A model generated the notes under the pieces. It had not been told where the DNA came from and searched no databases. It saw nothing but the letters and a program-made list of their open reading frames with translations. Both the position numbers and the translations under genes were made by a program. Positions 49,301 through 56,747 of a stretch of DNA of 64,000 bases are shown here, in pieces; positions within the stretch are counted from its first letter, which is position 1, and each line of letters begins with the position of its first letter. This DNA is from a virus (Duplodnaviria; Caudoviricetes): the IMG/VR virus record IMGVR_UViG_3300010885_031309; one strand, written 5' to 3'.

Positions 49301-51451
49301 GTTACACCAAATGTATTCAAGGCAACTATTCAATACAATGGAACTATTACTGTTGCAAATGCAACCAGTGCTCAGATAATATCTGGATTGCCGTCTGGAA
49401 TTTCCATAGCTAGTCAGGGCGCTGAAGGCACTGGATACAAGTTTACACTAAGTGGAAAACCAACACTAAGCGATCAGGCATATGATATAAGAGTAACAGC
49501 ACAAAATAACTCAGTTGGTTGTAAACCAACGACTACGCTAGCACCATCAGTTTCTGCTGGTTCTGGAACTGTAGAAAAAACATTCTGTCCTACTCCCGAA
49601 CTACCAAGTTTAGCTTCCGACTCGTTCCAAGCATTTGTCAACTACGGACCAACAACATTAACAGTAACAAACGCAACTACTGCTCCGATTAGTGGTCTTC
49701 CAAAGGGAATAACTGCCACATATTCAACTAGTAATGGAAATGTAAATATTACATTGAGTGGTAAACCAACAGAAGTAGGAAAAACATGGAACGCAACTAT
49801 CACGGCTGTAAATGCCTGTGGTGGTGGTAGAACAACTTCTAGTTTAGCCCAAACTCAAATTGGAACAGGAACTACCGGAGCTTCGCCATCGTGCGTTACT
49901 CCTGTGATTGGAAATCTGTCAACTACTACAATTCAAGCGTATGTTCAGTATTCTGCATCGCTCACTATTACTAATGCCACTTCAGCTTCTGTTACTGTAG
50001 AGCCAGGCTCTTTAACTGTTACACAGAATAGAAGCGGAACAAACATAATTGTTAGTTTGCTTGGTACTCCTACTGTGAGTGGAAAGTTAACAATCTCAAT
50101 CAGTGCCTCTAATACTGGTGCAGAATGCACAACATCAACTGCTGTTAAAGCTATTGAATTAACTGTTGCTCCGCCTCCAGCTTGTGTAATTCCAACAGTT
50201 GGACAGGTAACATCTCTAACTTTTAGAGAGGGTAGAGGTTATACAGGAACAATTACTGTTTCTAATGCAACTTCCGCTAATATAGTATCTGGTCTTCCTG
50301 CGGGAATATCAGCAACTTCCTCGCGGCCTTCAGGATCAAGTTACTTGTTTACACTAAGCGGCCAGCCTCCAGCGAACTCAGGAGGAACTCCTTTCAATAT
50401 TCTAGTTACTGCCTCAAACAGCAATTCTAATTGTACTACTGCGGCTGTGACAAATATATCTGCTGGCACTGGAACAATTGGAATGCCAATAGTCTGCGCG
50501 ACATCATACTCGGATGTAACAGTAACTGGCGCAACATCAGGAGGAACTGTTTATGCCAGTCAAGGATATGCTAATACCATGCATTACAGAGATGATTCTA
50601 ATATTGCTATGGCAGCAGTTCACGCTGGACTAATATCTGTTGGTGAAACAGCCACTTTCCGAAGAAGTTCAGTGGGTTATGTGCAAGATTACCCTATTAT
50701 AACGAGAAACGGAGTTACGTCTACTGCTAATTCTACTACTGGAGGTTGTGCAATAGAATTAGGATATATTTGTCCAACACCAACAGTTGGACCTATTAGT
50801 AATACTAATTTTTACAAAGGATCCTCTTACAGCGGCACTATTACAGTGACTAATGCGACTTCTGCTTCTGTTACTGGACTACCAGCGGGAATTGGCGCGG
50901 GTTCTAGCGTAAGCGGATCAAATATCATTATTAGTCTTAGTGGAACTCCAACCGGTAATGTAGGCACAAGTTTTACATTACAGGTTAATTCAACAAATGC
51001 TGCAACAAAATGCGTCGCACCCGTAAGCGGAGGAACTCAAACAGCGGGTACATTTACTATTCAACCACCACCCCCATGTCCAGCGCCCGACACGCCCGGT
51101 GATCTTGAATTATGGGGGGGGAATACATTTGTTCAGTCATACGCTGATAGTATGCCAGTGCGTAGAAGTGTGTTTTACACTAACACTGGCTTACATGTTA
51201 GAATTAGAATAAAAAATGCAAGTACGCGCAGCAATGTGACGTTTTCAGGAGGAAATCTGTTTTCTTCAGGTGGCATTATTGAGGGATCGGACTACATAGT
51301 TACTTTATACACCTATTATAGTTCATTCTCAACTTCAACCAACTTGCCAGTTGGCACTGATATTAAAATGACTTTAAGTGGGGTACAGTCTCAGGGATGT
51401 TCTCCATCTACAACTGGACCAACAAGAACTTATACTTTCACAATTTATTAA
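37334..51451 (+). CDS. Giant (4705 aa) baseplate wedge/fibre protein with FG-GAP propeller, Ig-like array and LCCL domain
   Basis: Follows gp6. N-terminus RTLDFLPEIFRT..NRQFLNATLD; FG-GAP-like repeats at ~44140-45300; Cys-bracketed Ig-like modules at ~48370-51100; LCCL motif DDSNIAMAAVHAG at ~50590. Confidence 0.75.
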   Translation: MVNKVRTLDFLPEIFRTESNRQFLNATLDVLTAQPNLNRVQGYIGTKYGYGVNADDKYVIEPTVGRSNYQFDPSVVFLKPDTQQATDFIDYSGIVKAINNFGGQTYNHDRLFNNEFYSWDPFIDYDKIVNFSQYYWIPYGPDAVLITNRTIFLEDKYLLSSSKNEFKLTDNAGSNPIINLLRGGTYTFELETSLADEQLWIQGVPGLSGYETTTNTREILGVTENGTRTITFTVPESDAQSAFNIPGNLSVDLVTTKLYSEINNSSITTIDGISEINGKTLLFYNSENRKEFYTIQVNNNTVSLTAGSTIPATQKIIVNSGVKYAGQIFYRTQTDTIAQIPYLSAVLNKLYYQSSVDEKRVGQINIFETNAAAYIDVNDIIGKKTYTSSNGVTFTNGLKIKFDNSVVPASYADKEYYVDGVGTSIKLLEVSKYAVTELSSELVYNLWDDVTYDLNRWDSDLYAPMTPDYITINRNSRDLNAWTRSNRWFHQSVIDTTVAALGYVSAKGTNKVIRAQRPIIEFRGNLQLFGGGNNSAGAVTYFDNSGSSLINIVGKTSYQIDGIELLDGDRIVLATDDNTEVRKNVYVVEMISTNQNQSAAITLNPVLDLTIADQTEINVLFGSAHRGTTWKWDLITNSWVQTQKKIKVNQPPLFDIVDDNLNSLSNTTYYGSTNFKGSMLFSYTTGVGINDSVLGFPISYSSLNNIGDINFTVNFNDDTFTYYEGNVEINFSVNIGYVKHNITSDTSEKLTGWVPATDTSFQYQVLQYALKSGDTTIVCDIPAKLTTSWNPIQIYLEDTVLDSADYAVTVENNKTIIKLSAAIQTTSTATVLIYSDSVSENAYYTVPSNLLSNPFNTNITSVDVGDIRNQYRTIFSNAPEVTGAVFGTNNIHDLGQVYQYGTSIIQSSSSLVLPGIFLRKSDASLFDALQYCNNEYYNYKTLLVDIAYKNDYSVYQTPYQILDNIIHEIVTIKNKSTSFFWTDMLYSGSPYVTNTYKFEVAPTSNVFSLSRIYDFSSANYNAIGIYLTRKVSGQSRTTQLIRNIDYIVSSTGPTIEIITSLTDGDEITINEYNQTYGSYCPSTPSALGLYPSFAPEIIEDKTYGENAYFIVGHDGSYNKLYGNYVNGALDDFRDIALFEFEKRIYNNIKSSGTIPLSDDTVIPGQFRNTEYSRDEILNIYSTNFLNWVGTNRLDFRKQYYNVGSSFSYNYNQSSNRLTNTALVEGYWRGIYRWLYDTDHPHDRPWEMLGLTSKPTWWDTRYGQAPYTSDNLYMWKDIAAGYIWNSGDAYTNKSKIRPELLKILPVDSLGQLKSPLHVVVGNHNKLTFNRDWIVGDQAPTENAYLKSSSWPFDLVRILALTKPAQFFNLFADLDSYKWNSEFKQYLYNNRYHLDCRELNIHGSGTAKRSYINWIVDYINVRGVSGHEVVTNYLRNIDVRLTYKAAGFSSKNYLKFYVERATPDSKNTGFLIPDESYSILLYNSVWESKIDYSSIIFQRVKNGWTVWGNNQSQQYFKTAVSKTNSKYTTINFDSTQVKIGNSWYEDREQIISYGTLFHSQQAISEFINNYGHYLITQGVEFDNISNGVSLNWNRMIQEFLAWSQQEWEYGSTIAINPNARKFTVNKPGLVVQPITIQDKNFVLNQNLIPIQAQNSAVYRNNEQFTIEILNEGDTVANTNLHLNSIEHAVVFDNSTVFGDLIYNLVTGLRQQRLLLRGYKTAEWSGYVDAAGFIINEDNIKEWASNIKYPKGSIVTHKGLYWSANKLLEPTLTFVQSDWKQIDYENVKTGLLSNPSTNAYQSLYYYDSYNANLKQDEDLLAFSLIGYRPRNYLASADLSDITQINVFKNIIAEKGTIALAESFKNTVFDQGPIDYDIKEIWAVNTNTFGSVLNSNFVEFKLNQSFLTGNPTLIEISDETASSEVQQTVLLNELTNWGRPPTSKNFLPKQTKYSEYLPSAGYVDVRDTDYQVYEFEDLNDEPSIIDSLSVNKILWIAKYKSSWNIYSASPLGANCIQVDNNQNGTLTITFDRPHNLNENEHFAINNFDPLVNKFYTVDTVKSLTSVVVSYDLDNTVVRLSGFGIGFKLVSRRFNQASDAVDVTAPYSEYSTRKIWVDTDSDDRWAVYASSMVFNETQLEIPQSTDVGSAVSYSEEIGYLYADATESRVYCYNNDNLSTLTGNSNFGKVVKTAADKLFIASNSNVYYYDSRLTLNQILPEADIADIACGTNSRWLYLLKKSTSELVIYHLDNNNNYVLVSNTGNSVAYGNATSIASSIDGRRLIVGAATETVNELSNAGAVYVYSRELQRFISDGISTEYRLQSSVPNNIADVYLNGILTTQFVVSNNLIVLNSAAPTGTIVTVEHADLTLLQVIQADEPRTGAQFGASVDTNRYGSNFVVGCPFDLTTINTVSNIEGSVYAYANEAQRYGTVTLKSPLVVADDVIFFDGYLVKFESDTDNINNITEQINTQTPVNIVATANSSTNSITITVRDRTAETPYDIIDVVANINVATRLKLNQYTNTQKITAVNMPQRAQFGSVVRMNERDSLIVSAPVTARLSPTVFDKPNSCDVHVTAFDNGVTTFIDNFNEVGMIYQYDYLPAENETISNSGKYVFGQYITSSNTNYGAQSKFGHSVDYRNNTIIVGAPNYSSNGNGFVSVFRNQQTSDPCQVINPTSWYVYKKPIDSVDIHKINNISIYEEFSEKTLEYLDYIDPLQGKLLGAVSVNIDVISEYDPAGYESNELQWGQEHVGKIWLNTRNLRILNYNQQDVNYNAKNWGAAFPGSSADVFTWIESNVSPLNYNDSGFPITYDKFVVRTVLNNATNSLAVKYYFWVKNYSKIPNGKTLSPLALAQYILNPQSSGIAYLAPITTNTVALYNSSEYINAASGILHIGYGNSVYVDNKHDVWRLIRTNSDDFLSGFPTAKKPTPTDLYLKYLDSFSGADVNYNFVPDTRLPLAVRSGVSFSPRQTMFVDRLVALENYITYVNNILTQYPVTETRSDLTLLKSVEQSFWKTVNWWASGWSDQTKASIEVERYADLNRIGESELITGTTGLVLTRDEGLVVKIKANSLGLSEYYTYSNSQWKRIGLERGTIQFLSTLWTTKYGWDSSNWDIDLYDRTNADDIRKVIRWINEVLFTGDLVDERNTSLMLMFNYSHGEIVNQKNYNQWLTKTSLIDVNHKIRGLLPYKKYQRDNQDFLSGYLNEIKPYHVYIKNFVYTYDGIDNYSAEVTDFDLPAVYDDKTNTFNSPRIVYTDIKTEKNQYAPTSDIWKNNNYSQWYKNYGLSLKSVKKENVQIATLTAPIMVNSQSIKLSSVYGLRIGDSIIVNNEKIQFNTVDKINRTLSSLVRGFASTAIDEHDVGDKVYVPYTQSLILDAGRGYTEIPKIDVILDPELYPKPRNEISMTSAISGGSLSSISVLNPGNGYAIYPDIIISSSDIYHEFNGQNINSTVNTIRIENHKFETGDSVIFTVTGDEENYRLKRNGLYYVRSIDNNTVALYDNYVYACQVDTAMEKVETLDTHRVKLSSTSSTIFGKLTVTARAQFLFESYPIRTIKTTIAFDRVSYTSNNGWDGWAWEFNSWDSEERETAAYRIDKYYKPTVNMPGKDLKQLMNGVSYPNLILQSSTFADNSSVDVKVVAPTFAMTTNGGSVDGGDFLDGYGPEELVAGYITDSIKIVVKSNDGCLMPTATVSSTRFITNVLYTGTITVSNATAASISGKPSWLSITDEKYISGKYIFTLSGIPSTTGEIIDVNVDAENVCKYSSTSTVEDLAVISTTVILLPCVAPTVGKITPNSFRAMIPYEGTLTIENATDADILYGLPTGVSIFSEGAEGTGYKFVLKGTPTISNEEYEIKVKAQNSTGSCSVAYTPAPSVSAGIGTVAEAPSCDMPEIGELSTTTIQAYVVYNATLTITNAKTPVIIAGLPSTIIATQTQSGSNVEISFRGTPLVSEQINLSVKASNTGEQCTTSTATKPFELSVNPAIDCAAPVVGLVTPNVFKATIQYNGTITVANATSAQIISGLPSGISIASQGAEGTGYKFTLSGKPTLSDQAYDIRVTAQNNSVGCKPTTTLAPSVSAGSGTVEKTFCPTPELPSLASDSFQAFVNYGPTTLTVTNATTAPISGLPKGITATYSTSNGNVNITLSGKPTEVGKTWNATITAVNACGGGRTTSSLAQTQIGTGTTGASPSCVTPVIGNLSTTTIQAYVQYSASLTITNATSASVTVEPGSLTVTQNRSGTNIIVSLLGTPTVSGKLTISISASNTGAECTTSTAVKAIELTVAPPPACVIPTVGQVTSLTFREGRGYTGTITVSNATSANIVSGLPAGISATSSRPSGSSYLFTLSGQPPANSGGTPFNILVTASNSNSNCTTAAVTNISAGTGTIGMPIVCATSYSDVTVTGATSGGTVYASQGYANTMHYRDDSNIAMAAVHAGLISVGETATFRRSSVGYVQDYPIITRNGVTSTANSTTGGCAIELGYICPTPTVGPISNTNFYKGSSYSGTITVTNATSASVTGLPAGIGAGSSVSGSNIIISLSGTPTGNVGTSFTLQVNSTNAATKCVAPVSGGTQTAGTFTIQPPPPCPAPDTPGDLELWGGNTFVQSYADSMPVRRSVFYTNTGLHVRIRIKNASTRSNVTFSGGNLFSSGGIIEGSDYIVTLYTYYSSFSTSTNLPVGTDIKMTLSGVQSQGCSPSTTGPTRTYTFTIY

Positions 51452-51476
51452 TTGATGCTAAAAGGAGACACATACT

Positions 51477-51698
51477 ATGTCAGAAACAAATAATCAGAAT
51501 AAGCCCTGGATTCATACCATAATTATAGACAACAAGGGTGAAACTACTGTGCTGTCTAATAGTGGCAATGAACTACCGTCTCAATATTATAGAAGATGGT
51601 GGTATGGTGATTTGACAACTGATCCACGCACACACCCAAGTGCAGATACCAGAATGATAGATAATAATAATCCAGCGGCAATATTCTTGCGAAGCTAG
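51477..51698 (+). CDS. Small hypothetical protein
   Basis: 73 aa with a strong AAGGAGA RBS. Confidence 0.65.
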   Translation: MSETNNQNKPWIHTIIIDNKGETTVLSNSGNELPSQYYRRWWYGDLTTDPRTHPSADTRMIDNNNPAAIFLRS

Positions 51699-51722
51699 TT
51701 TTTACTAATGATAAATAATTGT

Positions 51723-51893
51723 ATGAATATTGCTCAATCTATCAATTCAGAAAATACAGACGAAAATCAGATACCTACTGATTCTACGCTGTCAGAAACA
51801 AATGATCAAACTGCACTCTATTTTTCTGGATTTATAAAAATATTTGACCCTAACACTGGACAAATATTATTAAAAAAGCGTAACGACGAGTAA
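51723..51893 (+). CDS. Small hypothetical virion-module protein
   Basis: C-terminal SGFIKIFDPNTGQILLKKR resembles the start of the next gene (GFLKIYNPQTGEVFLNKK). Start is likely ATG 51723, 5 nt after late promoter GATAAATA (51710-17). Confidence 0.6.
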   Translation: MNIAQSINSENTDENQIPTDSTLSETNDQTALYFSGFIKIFDPNTGQILLKKRNDE

Positions 51894-51906
51894 TAATGGA
51901 ATTAAA

Positions 51907-52524
51907 ATGAAAAATACAATTGGCTTAGATGTTATTGGATTCTTAAAGATATACAACCCACAAACTGGAGAGGTATTCTTAAACAAGAAAAATGCCATTC
52001 ATTATGAAAACATGTCAGATGCGTTAGCTCTTACTCTGAGTAATCGCGGTACTGGAACTATCTATCAAATGGCATTTGGTAATGGTGCAGCAAGTGTGGA
52101 CGCAACTGGCATAATCACCTATTTACCTCCAAATGTCACTGGACAAAATGCAAATCTTTATAATCAAACTTACGCAAAAATAGTAGACGATACACTTATA
52201 TCAAATAATAGTCCCAGTACCAATAAGATGATAGTAAGTCATGAAGCTGGAAAAATTTACACGGATGTGTTGATACAGTGTCTACTGGATTATGGTGAAC
52301 CAGGTGGTCAGGATGCATTTGATAATGGAACTAATTTGGAAAGTTCTTTTGTATTTGATGAAATTGGAATTCTAGCAAATTATGGCACAGATACCGAGGG
52401 CAATGTAATTACAAAGTTGTTAACACATGTTATCTTTCACCCAATACAAAAATCATTAAATAGACAAATTCAAATTGATTACACAATTAGAATTCAAACA
52501 TTAACCAACATGTTAACTATATGA
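51907..52524 (+). CDS. Phage structural protein, tail/baseplate region
   Basis: 205 aa; KNAIHYENMS...MAFGNG...LDYGEP...FVFDEIG...LLTHVIFHPIQKSLNRQIQIDYTIRIQ. Confidence 0.7.
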   Translation: MKNTIGLDVIGFLKIYNPQTGEVFLNKKNAIHYENMSDALALTLSNRGTGTIYQMAFGNGAASVDATGIITYLPPNVTGQNANLYNQTYAKIVDDTLISNNSPSTNKMIVSHEAGKIYTDVLIQCLLDYGEPGGQDAFDNGTNLESSFVFDEIGILANYGTDTEGNVITKLLTHVIFHPIQKSLNRQIQIDYTIRIQTLTNMLTI

Positions 52525-52557
52525 TAAATATATAGAAATATACGGAGTAATCTTAAA

Positions 52558-53394
52558 ATGGCATATACACTTCAGTATTCTGATGGCACTATTGTAGTAA
52601 ATGACGGTACAATAAACGGCACCACCAGTATACAACTTCCAGGAAGAAATTTTGCTGGCTACGGCCAATACATGGATCAAAATCTAATAGATTTGATGCA
52701 AAATTTTGCACGAGTATCAAGTTCGTCTGGTCCAGCAAACGCTATGAAAGGACAACTTTGGTATAACTCTACAGAACAATCATTGAATGTAAAAGTTAAC
52801 GCATCAACTACACAGCCGCAGTGGAAAAAATTATTAGTAGCGGGTGAAGCTGTTACTGAGCTATCAGCTACCTCAGTTACTGCAGATAATTTAACTGTTA
52901 ATAACACACTGACTACTAAGAAGTTAACAACAGGTGGTGCAGGAATTGAAGGGACTATAACTGGACAGTGGAAGCTAGCGCCAGGAAGTACACTACAGTC
53001 AACTTATGCTGACTTGGCTGAAAGATTTGAAGCAGATAGTGTATACGAGCCAGGTACAGTAGTAGAAATTGGCGGAGAAAAAGAAATTACTGCTGTTAAA
53101 GATGATTGTAGTGAAAATGTATTCGGAGTCATCAGTGCAAATGCTGCCTACTTGATGAATGCTGCTGCTGGAAACAGTGCGACACATCCTGCAATTGCTA
53201 TAGCTGGTAGAGTTCCGGTAAAAGTTCGCGGCAAGATCAGAAAGGGAGACAGATTAGTTAGTGCTGGATTAGGATTTGCTCGTGCTGCTCGTTCTGGTGA
53301 GGCCACATCTTTCAACACTGTTGGCCGCGCTCTGGAAAACAAAGAAACTGACAGTGATGGCAGTATATTAGCGACAGTAACAGTCAAACTTTAA
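52558..53394 (+). CDS. Short tail-fibre-type protein with C-terminal YADLAE domain
   Basis: GRNFAGYGQYMDQNL...GQLWYN N-terminus; YADLAERFEADSVYEPGTVV...GRVPVKV.G...KGDRLVS C-terminus. Late promoter at 52523-30; GGAG RBS. Confidence 0.7.
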   Translation: MAYTLQYSDGTIVVNDGTINGTTSIQLPGRNFAGYGQYMDQNLIDLMQNFARVSSSSGPANAMKGQLWYNSTEQSLNVKVNASTTQPQWKKLLVAGEAVTELSATSVTADNLTVNNTLTTKKLTTGGAGIEGTITGQWKLAPGSTLQSTYADLAERFEADSVYEPGTVVEIGGEKEITAVKDDCSENVFGVISANAAYLMNAAAGNSATHPAIAIAGRVPVKVRGKIRKGDRLVSAGLGFARAARSGEATSFNTVGRALENKETDSDGSILATVTVKL

Positions 53395-53408
53395 TCTGAG
53401 AATAAATT

Positions 53409-56400
53409 ATGACCTATGCAGTTGGCCAAATAGTACAGGCTAGTGATTATAATCAATTTGTATCTACAATAAACACTGCATGGAGCACAGGATCTGGTAG
53501 TGCTGGATATGGACAACCACAGTTTACTAATGTAGCAGTTGGCGATCTAATACAAGCTAGACCAGCAACTCCAGTTCAGGGAAATCCAAACTCAAATATA
53601 CCACCAACTTGGAGCACTGCGCCAACTGCACCAGAATGGAGAACATTTGTCAATACTATTAATGCAATGTCTAAGCATCAGACTGGTTCTGATGCAGTTC
53701 TTGCTAATAGTTTTGCAGCAAGCGTTGATTATCCGGTATCAACAACGGCAACTGCTGGATTAATAGCACATTCAAGCACATTAAACAGCGCTCTTACTGC
53801 AATAACTGGTAATCAACGATTAAATGCCGCGGCACAGGGAACAACTACCACTACAGTAGTAACTAATAGCAGTGGAAATTGGAGTGATAGTGCTACATTT
53901 ACAATTACTGTAGATTTCAAAACAGTTAACAGAATAAGATATTATTTTAATGCTGGTGGACAAATACGATTTGGCATGAGTCACAGTGGATCAGCTTCAC
54001 TGGATAACTTGTTTGCAAACATAGCCAATGAAGCTGGACAAATATACTTAAGCAGTACCAATACAACTCCGCTGACACTTGCTGGTCAAAGTTATGGTGG
54101 AGTAACAAAAGTAGGTGGAGTCGTCAGCGGTAGAACAACAATTAATAATCTAGGATTTTATGAGTTAACTAGTACCAGCACTCAAATATTCAAGCAAACT
54201 GGTAGTTCACCAGCAACAAATCAAACTGCTAACAGTTTTATTTCTATAAGTGCAGCACATGACGGTGCCGGAAAGTTAACTTTTGTTGTAAAGTGGGACG
54301 AAGTTCCCAATGGTCTTAAAATTAGCAGTGGATCAATTGTTAACATGAGTTTGTTGCCACCAAGCACAGCAAATATCGTCAATACCTGGGGCACTCCAGA
54401 AATTGCATCTACAGTAACATTAGTTCAAGCTCCAGCATGTGCTACCCCAACTGTTGGTGTGGTGACTCCAAATGTATTTCAGGGATTTGTTGAATATAGT
54501 GGATCTATCACTGTAGCAAATGCAACTGGCGCCGCGATAATATCTGGATTACCGTCAGGAGTTTCTATAGCTAGTCAGGGCGCTGAAGGCACTGGATACA
54601 AGTTTACACTAAGTGGAAAACCGACACAGACACTTCAGATATATGACATAAGAGTGACCGCGCAGAATGAAGTGGTTGATTGTGAGCCTGCATATACTCC
54701 AACTCCATCAGTTTCTGCTGGCACAGGAACTGTGGCAGCCCCGCCATTATGTGCGACTCCAACAATCGGAGATCTATCAAATACTACTCTTCAAGTGGGC
54801 GTGGAATATTCTGCATCACTTACTATTACAAATGCTGTCATACCAGTTACTATTAGTGGAGTTCCAAGTGGAGTAGTTGCGACTCAAACTAGAAACGGAA
54901 CAACTGTAACAATTAATCTAAGTGGAACACCAGTTACCGCTGGAGCGATAACAATGTCAGTTACTGCATCTAATACTGGCGCAGAATGTACCACTTCAAC
55001 TGCCAGTAAAGATTTCTCACTATCAGTAACTGCTGCCGTTAGTGTCACTATTATTCCAGATATCTATACAGTAAACGAGGGTGGAAGTGTAGTCTTTACT
55101 TATACAATTAATAATCTTCCAAATAAAACCATATTTTATAGAGTTGAAGCCAACGACAATCAACCAGAAGTCACACCGGCGGATTTTACTGGAACTACTA
55201 ACGGAACTATTATTACAGAACCGACTGCGACTATGACTGGAACTATACCCATAAACATAGCGGCTGATCTCGCAACTGAGCCAATAACTGAACGGTTTAG
55301 ATTAAAATTCTACACTAATAGCGGATATACAGAATTTTTACAAACCAGTGCATTTGTAACAATCACTGATTCATCAAAGGCAGGATGTGTCGCTCCAAGT
55401 ATTAGTGACACCGTGTTATCTCCCGGTACTGCTCAAGCTGGAGTACAATATAATGGAGAACTTATAATTAAGAATGCAACTTCTGCTAGTATTATATCAA
55501 TTCTTCCCGCTGGGTTAACTGCAGGTAGTTCTGTATTGTCTGGAAGCTCAGATCGCAAAATTGCAATTAGTGGAATTCCAACAAGTAGTGGAACTTTTGA
55601 AATAAGAGTTTTTGCTTCTAACAGCGGTGCAGACTGTGGAACAACATCAACACCTCAGGTGGGTTTGATAGGTGGGTCATTAACTATATCAGCACAGTCT
55701 ACACCAACTATCACACCAAACAAAACATCTGTTACTGAAGGAGAGACTGTAGTATTTTCTATTTCTACCGCCAATACTAGTGTTACTAATGGAACCACTG
55801 TGTGGTGGGCCGCGCATGGTATTGGTGGTGCAACTCCGGAAGATGCAAGTATGCCCTATCCTCCAATGGGATCTGTAATAATTAATAACAATGCCGCAAG
55901 TATATCTTTAACAATTGCCACGGATACTATTACTCCCGAAACTGGAGAAGCTGTAAGCATAAGATTATATTTGACAGAAGCTGATAGAAATCAATTTGTT
56001 AACCATATAGTAGAGTCTCCACAAGTAACAATAATTGATGTACCTCCTACAAACCCTTGCGCAACACCTGAATTTGCCGCTACTAATTTGCCAGCCGGTC
56101 AAGTAAATAGTGTGTACCGTGGAACTATTGCTTACTTAAATGTAACTAACGCACTGACTGTTAGATTCTCTCCAGATAATAGCGGACTTAGTGCTGTAAT
56201 AGGAGGTGCTGGTTCTGGAACTATAACTATCGGTGGAACACCCACGACTACTGGAATCGTTACTGTCAATGTGTCTGCAAATAATTCTGGATCAGGTATA
56301 CCTTGCACTACGTCTTCTGCTAATGCGTCATATAACATTTCAATTAATGCTCAGGGTTCATGTGTCGCTCCAACATTCAGCACACTATCCTCTACATCGT

Positions 56401-56705
56401 TTAAGCCTGGAGTAGAATATTCTGGTACAATAACCGTTAGCAATGCTACTTCAGTAACGGTATCTGGACTTCCATCTGGATTAAGCTCATCTGCGTCTCC
56501 GACCGGTGCCTTCAATCAAATAATAACTATTAGTGGAAAACCAACAGTTAGCACAAGAGGACAATCATTTACTATAACAGTAAATGCAACAAATGCATGC
56601 GGCGGAGGATCTATTACCAGTACTTCAAGTAATACTTACGGCATTACTGTACAACAGGCAGACACTTGCCCATCTCCAACATTTGGAGCTTTAACTGATA
56701 ATTAA
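53409..56705 (+). CDS. Tail fibre/adhesin with Ig-like and Calx-beta-like repeats
   Basis: MTYAVGQIVQASDYN N-terminus; Ig modules related to those of the giant protein; two Calx-beta-like units (VNEGGSVVF...ADF...E.FRLKFY and VTEGETVVF...D...E). Confidence 0.75.
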   Translation: MTYAVGQIVQASDYNQFVSTINTAWSTGSGSAGYGQPQFTNVAVGDLIQARPATPVQGNPNSNIPPTWSTAPTAPEWRTFVNTINAMSKHQTGSDAVLANSFAASVDYPVSTTATAGLIAHSSTLNSALTAITGNQRLNAAAQGTTTTTVVTNSSGNWSDSATFTITVDFKTVNRIRYYFNAGGQIRFGMSHSGSASLDNLFANIANEAGQIYLSSTNTTPLTLAGQSYGGVTKVGGVVSGRTTINNLGFYELTSTSTQIFKQTGSSPATNQTANSFISISAAHDGAGKLTFVVKWDEVPNGLKISSGSIVNMSLLPPSTANIVNTWGTPEIASTVTLVQAPACATPTVGVVTPNVFQGFVEYSGSITVANATGAAIISGLPSGVSIASQGAEGTGYKFTLSGKPTQTLQIYDIRVTAQNEVVDCEPAYTPTPSVSAGTGTVAAPPLCATPTIGDLSNTTLQVGVEYSASLTITNAVIPVTISGVPSGVVATQTRNGTTVTINLSGTPVTAGAITMSVTASNTGAECTTSTASKDFSLSVTAAVSVTIIPDIYTVNEGGSVVFTYTINNLPNKTIFYRVEANDNQPEVTPADFTGTTNGTIITEPTATMTGTIPINIAADLATEPITERFRLKFYTNSGYTEFLQTSAFVTITDSSKAGCVAPSISDTVLSPGTAQAGVQYNGELIIKNATSASIISILPAGLTAGSSVLSGSSDRKIAISGIPTSSGTFEIRVFASNSGADCGTTSTPQVGLIGGSLTISAQSTPTITPNKTSVTEGETVVFSISTANTSVTNGTTVWWAAHGIGGATPEDASMPYPPMGSVIINNNAASISLTIATDTITPETGEAVSIRLYLTEADRNQFVNHIVESPQVTIIDVPPTNPCATPEFAATNLPAGQVNSVYRGTIAYLNVTNALTVRFSPDNSGLSAVIGGAGSGTITIGGTPTTTGIVTVNVSANNSGSGIPCTTSSANASYNISINAQGSCVAPTFSTLSSTSFKPGVEYSGTITVSNATSVTVSGLPSGLSSSASPTGAFNQIITISGKPTVSTRGQSFTITVNATNACGGGSITSTSSNTYGITVQQADTCPSPTFGALTDN

Positions 56706-56723
56706 ATGTTCAACAACTATGAA

Positions 56724-56731
56724 TATAAATA
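56724..56731 (+). promoter_or_regulatory. Late promoter TATAAATA (perfect T4 consensus)
   Basis: Lies within the 42-nt gap between two in-frame fibre ORFs. Confidence 0.6.
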
Positions 56732-56747
56732 ATACGGGAACTTAATT

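Noticed and set aside
49406-54622. Diversity-generating retroelement template/variable repeat pair
   Set aside because: Differences between the copies are not restricted to adenines of one copy and are largely synonymous; both copies are in coding sequence; no reverse transcriptase in the window.
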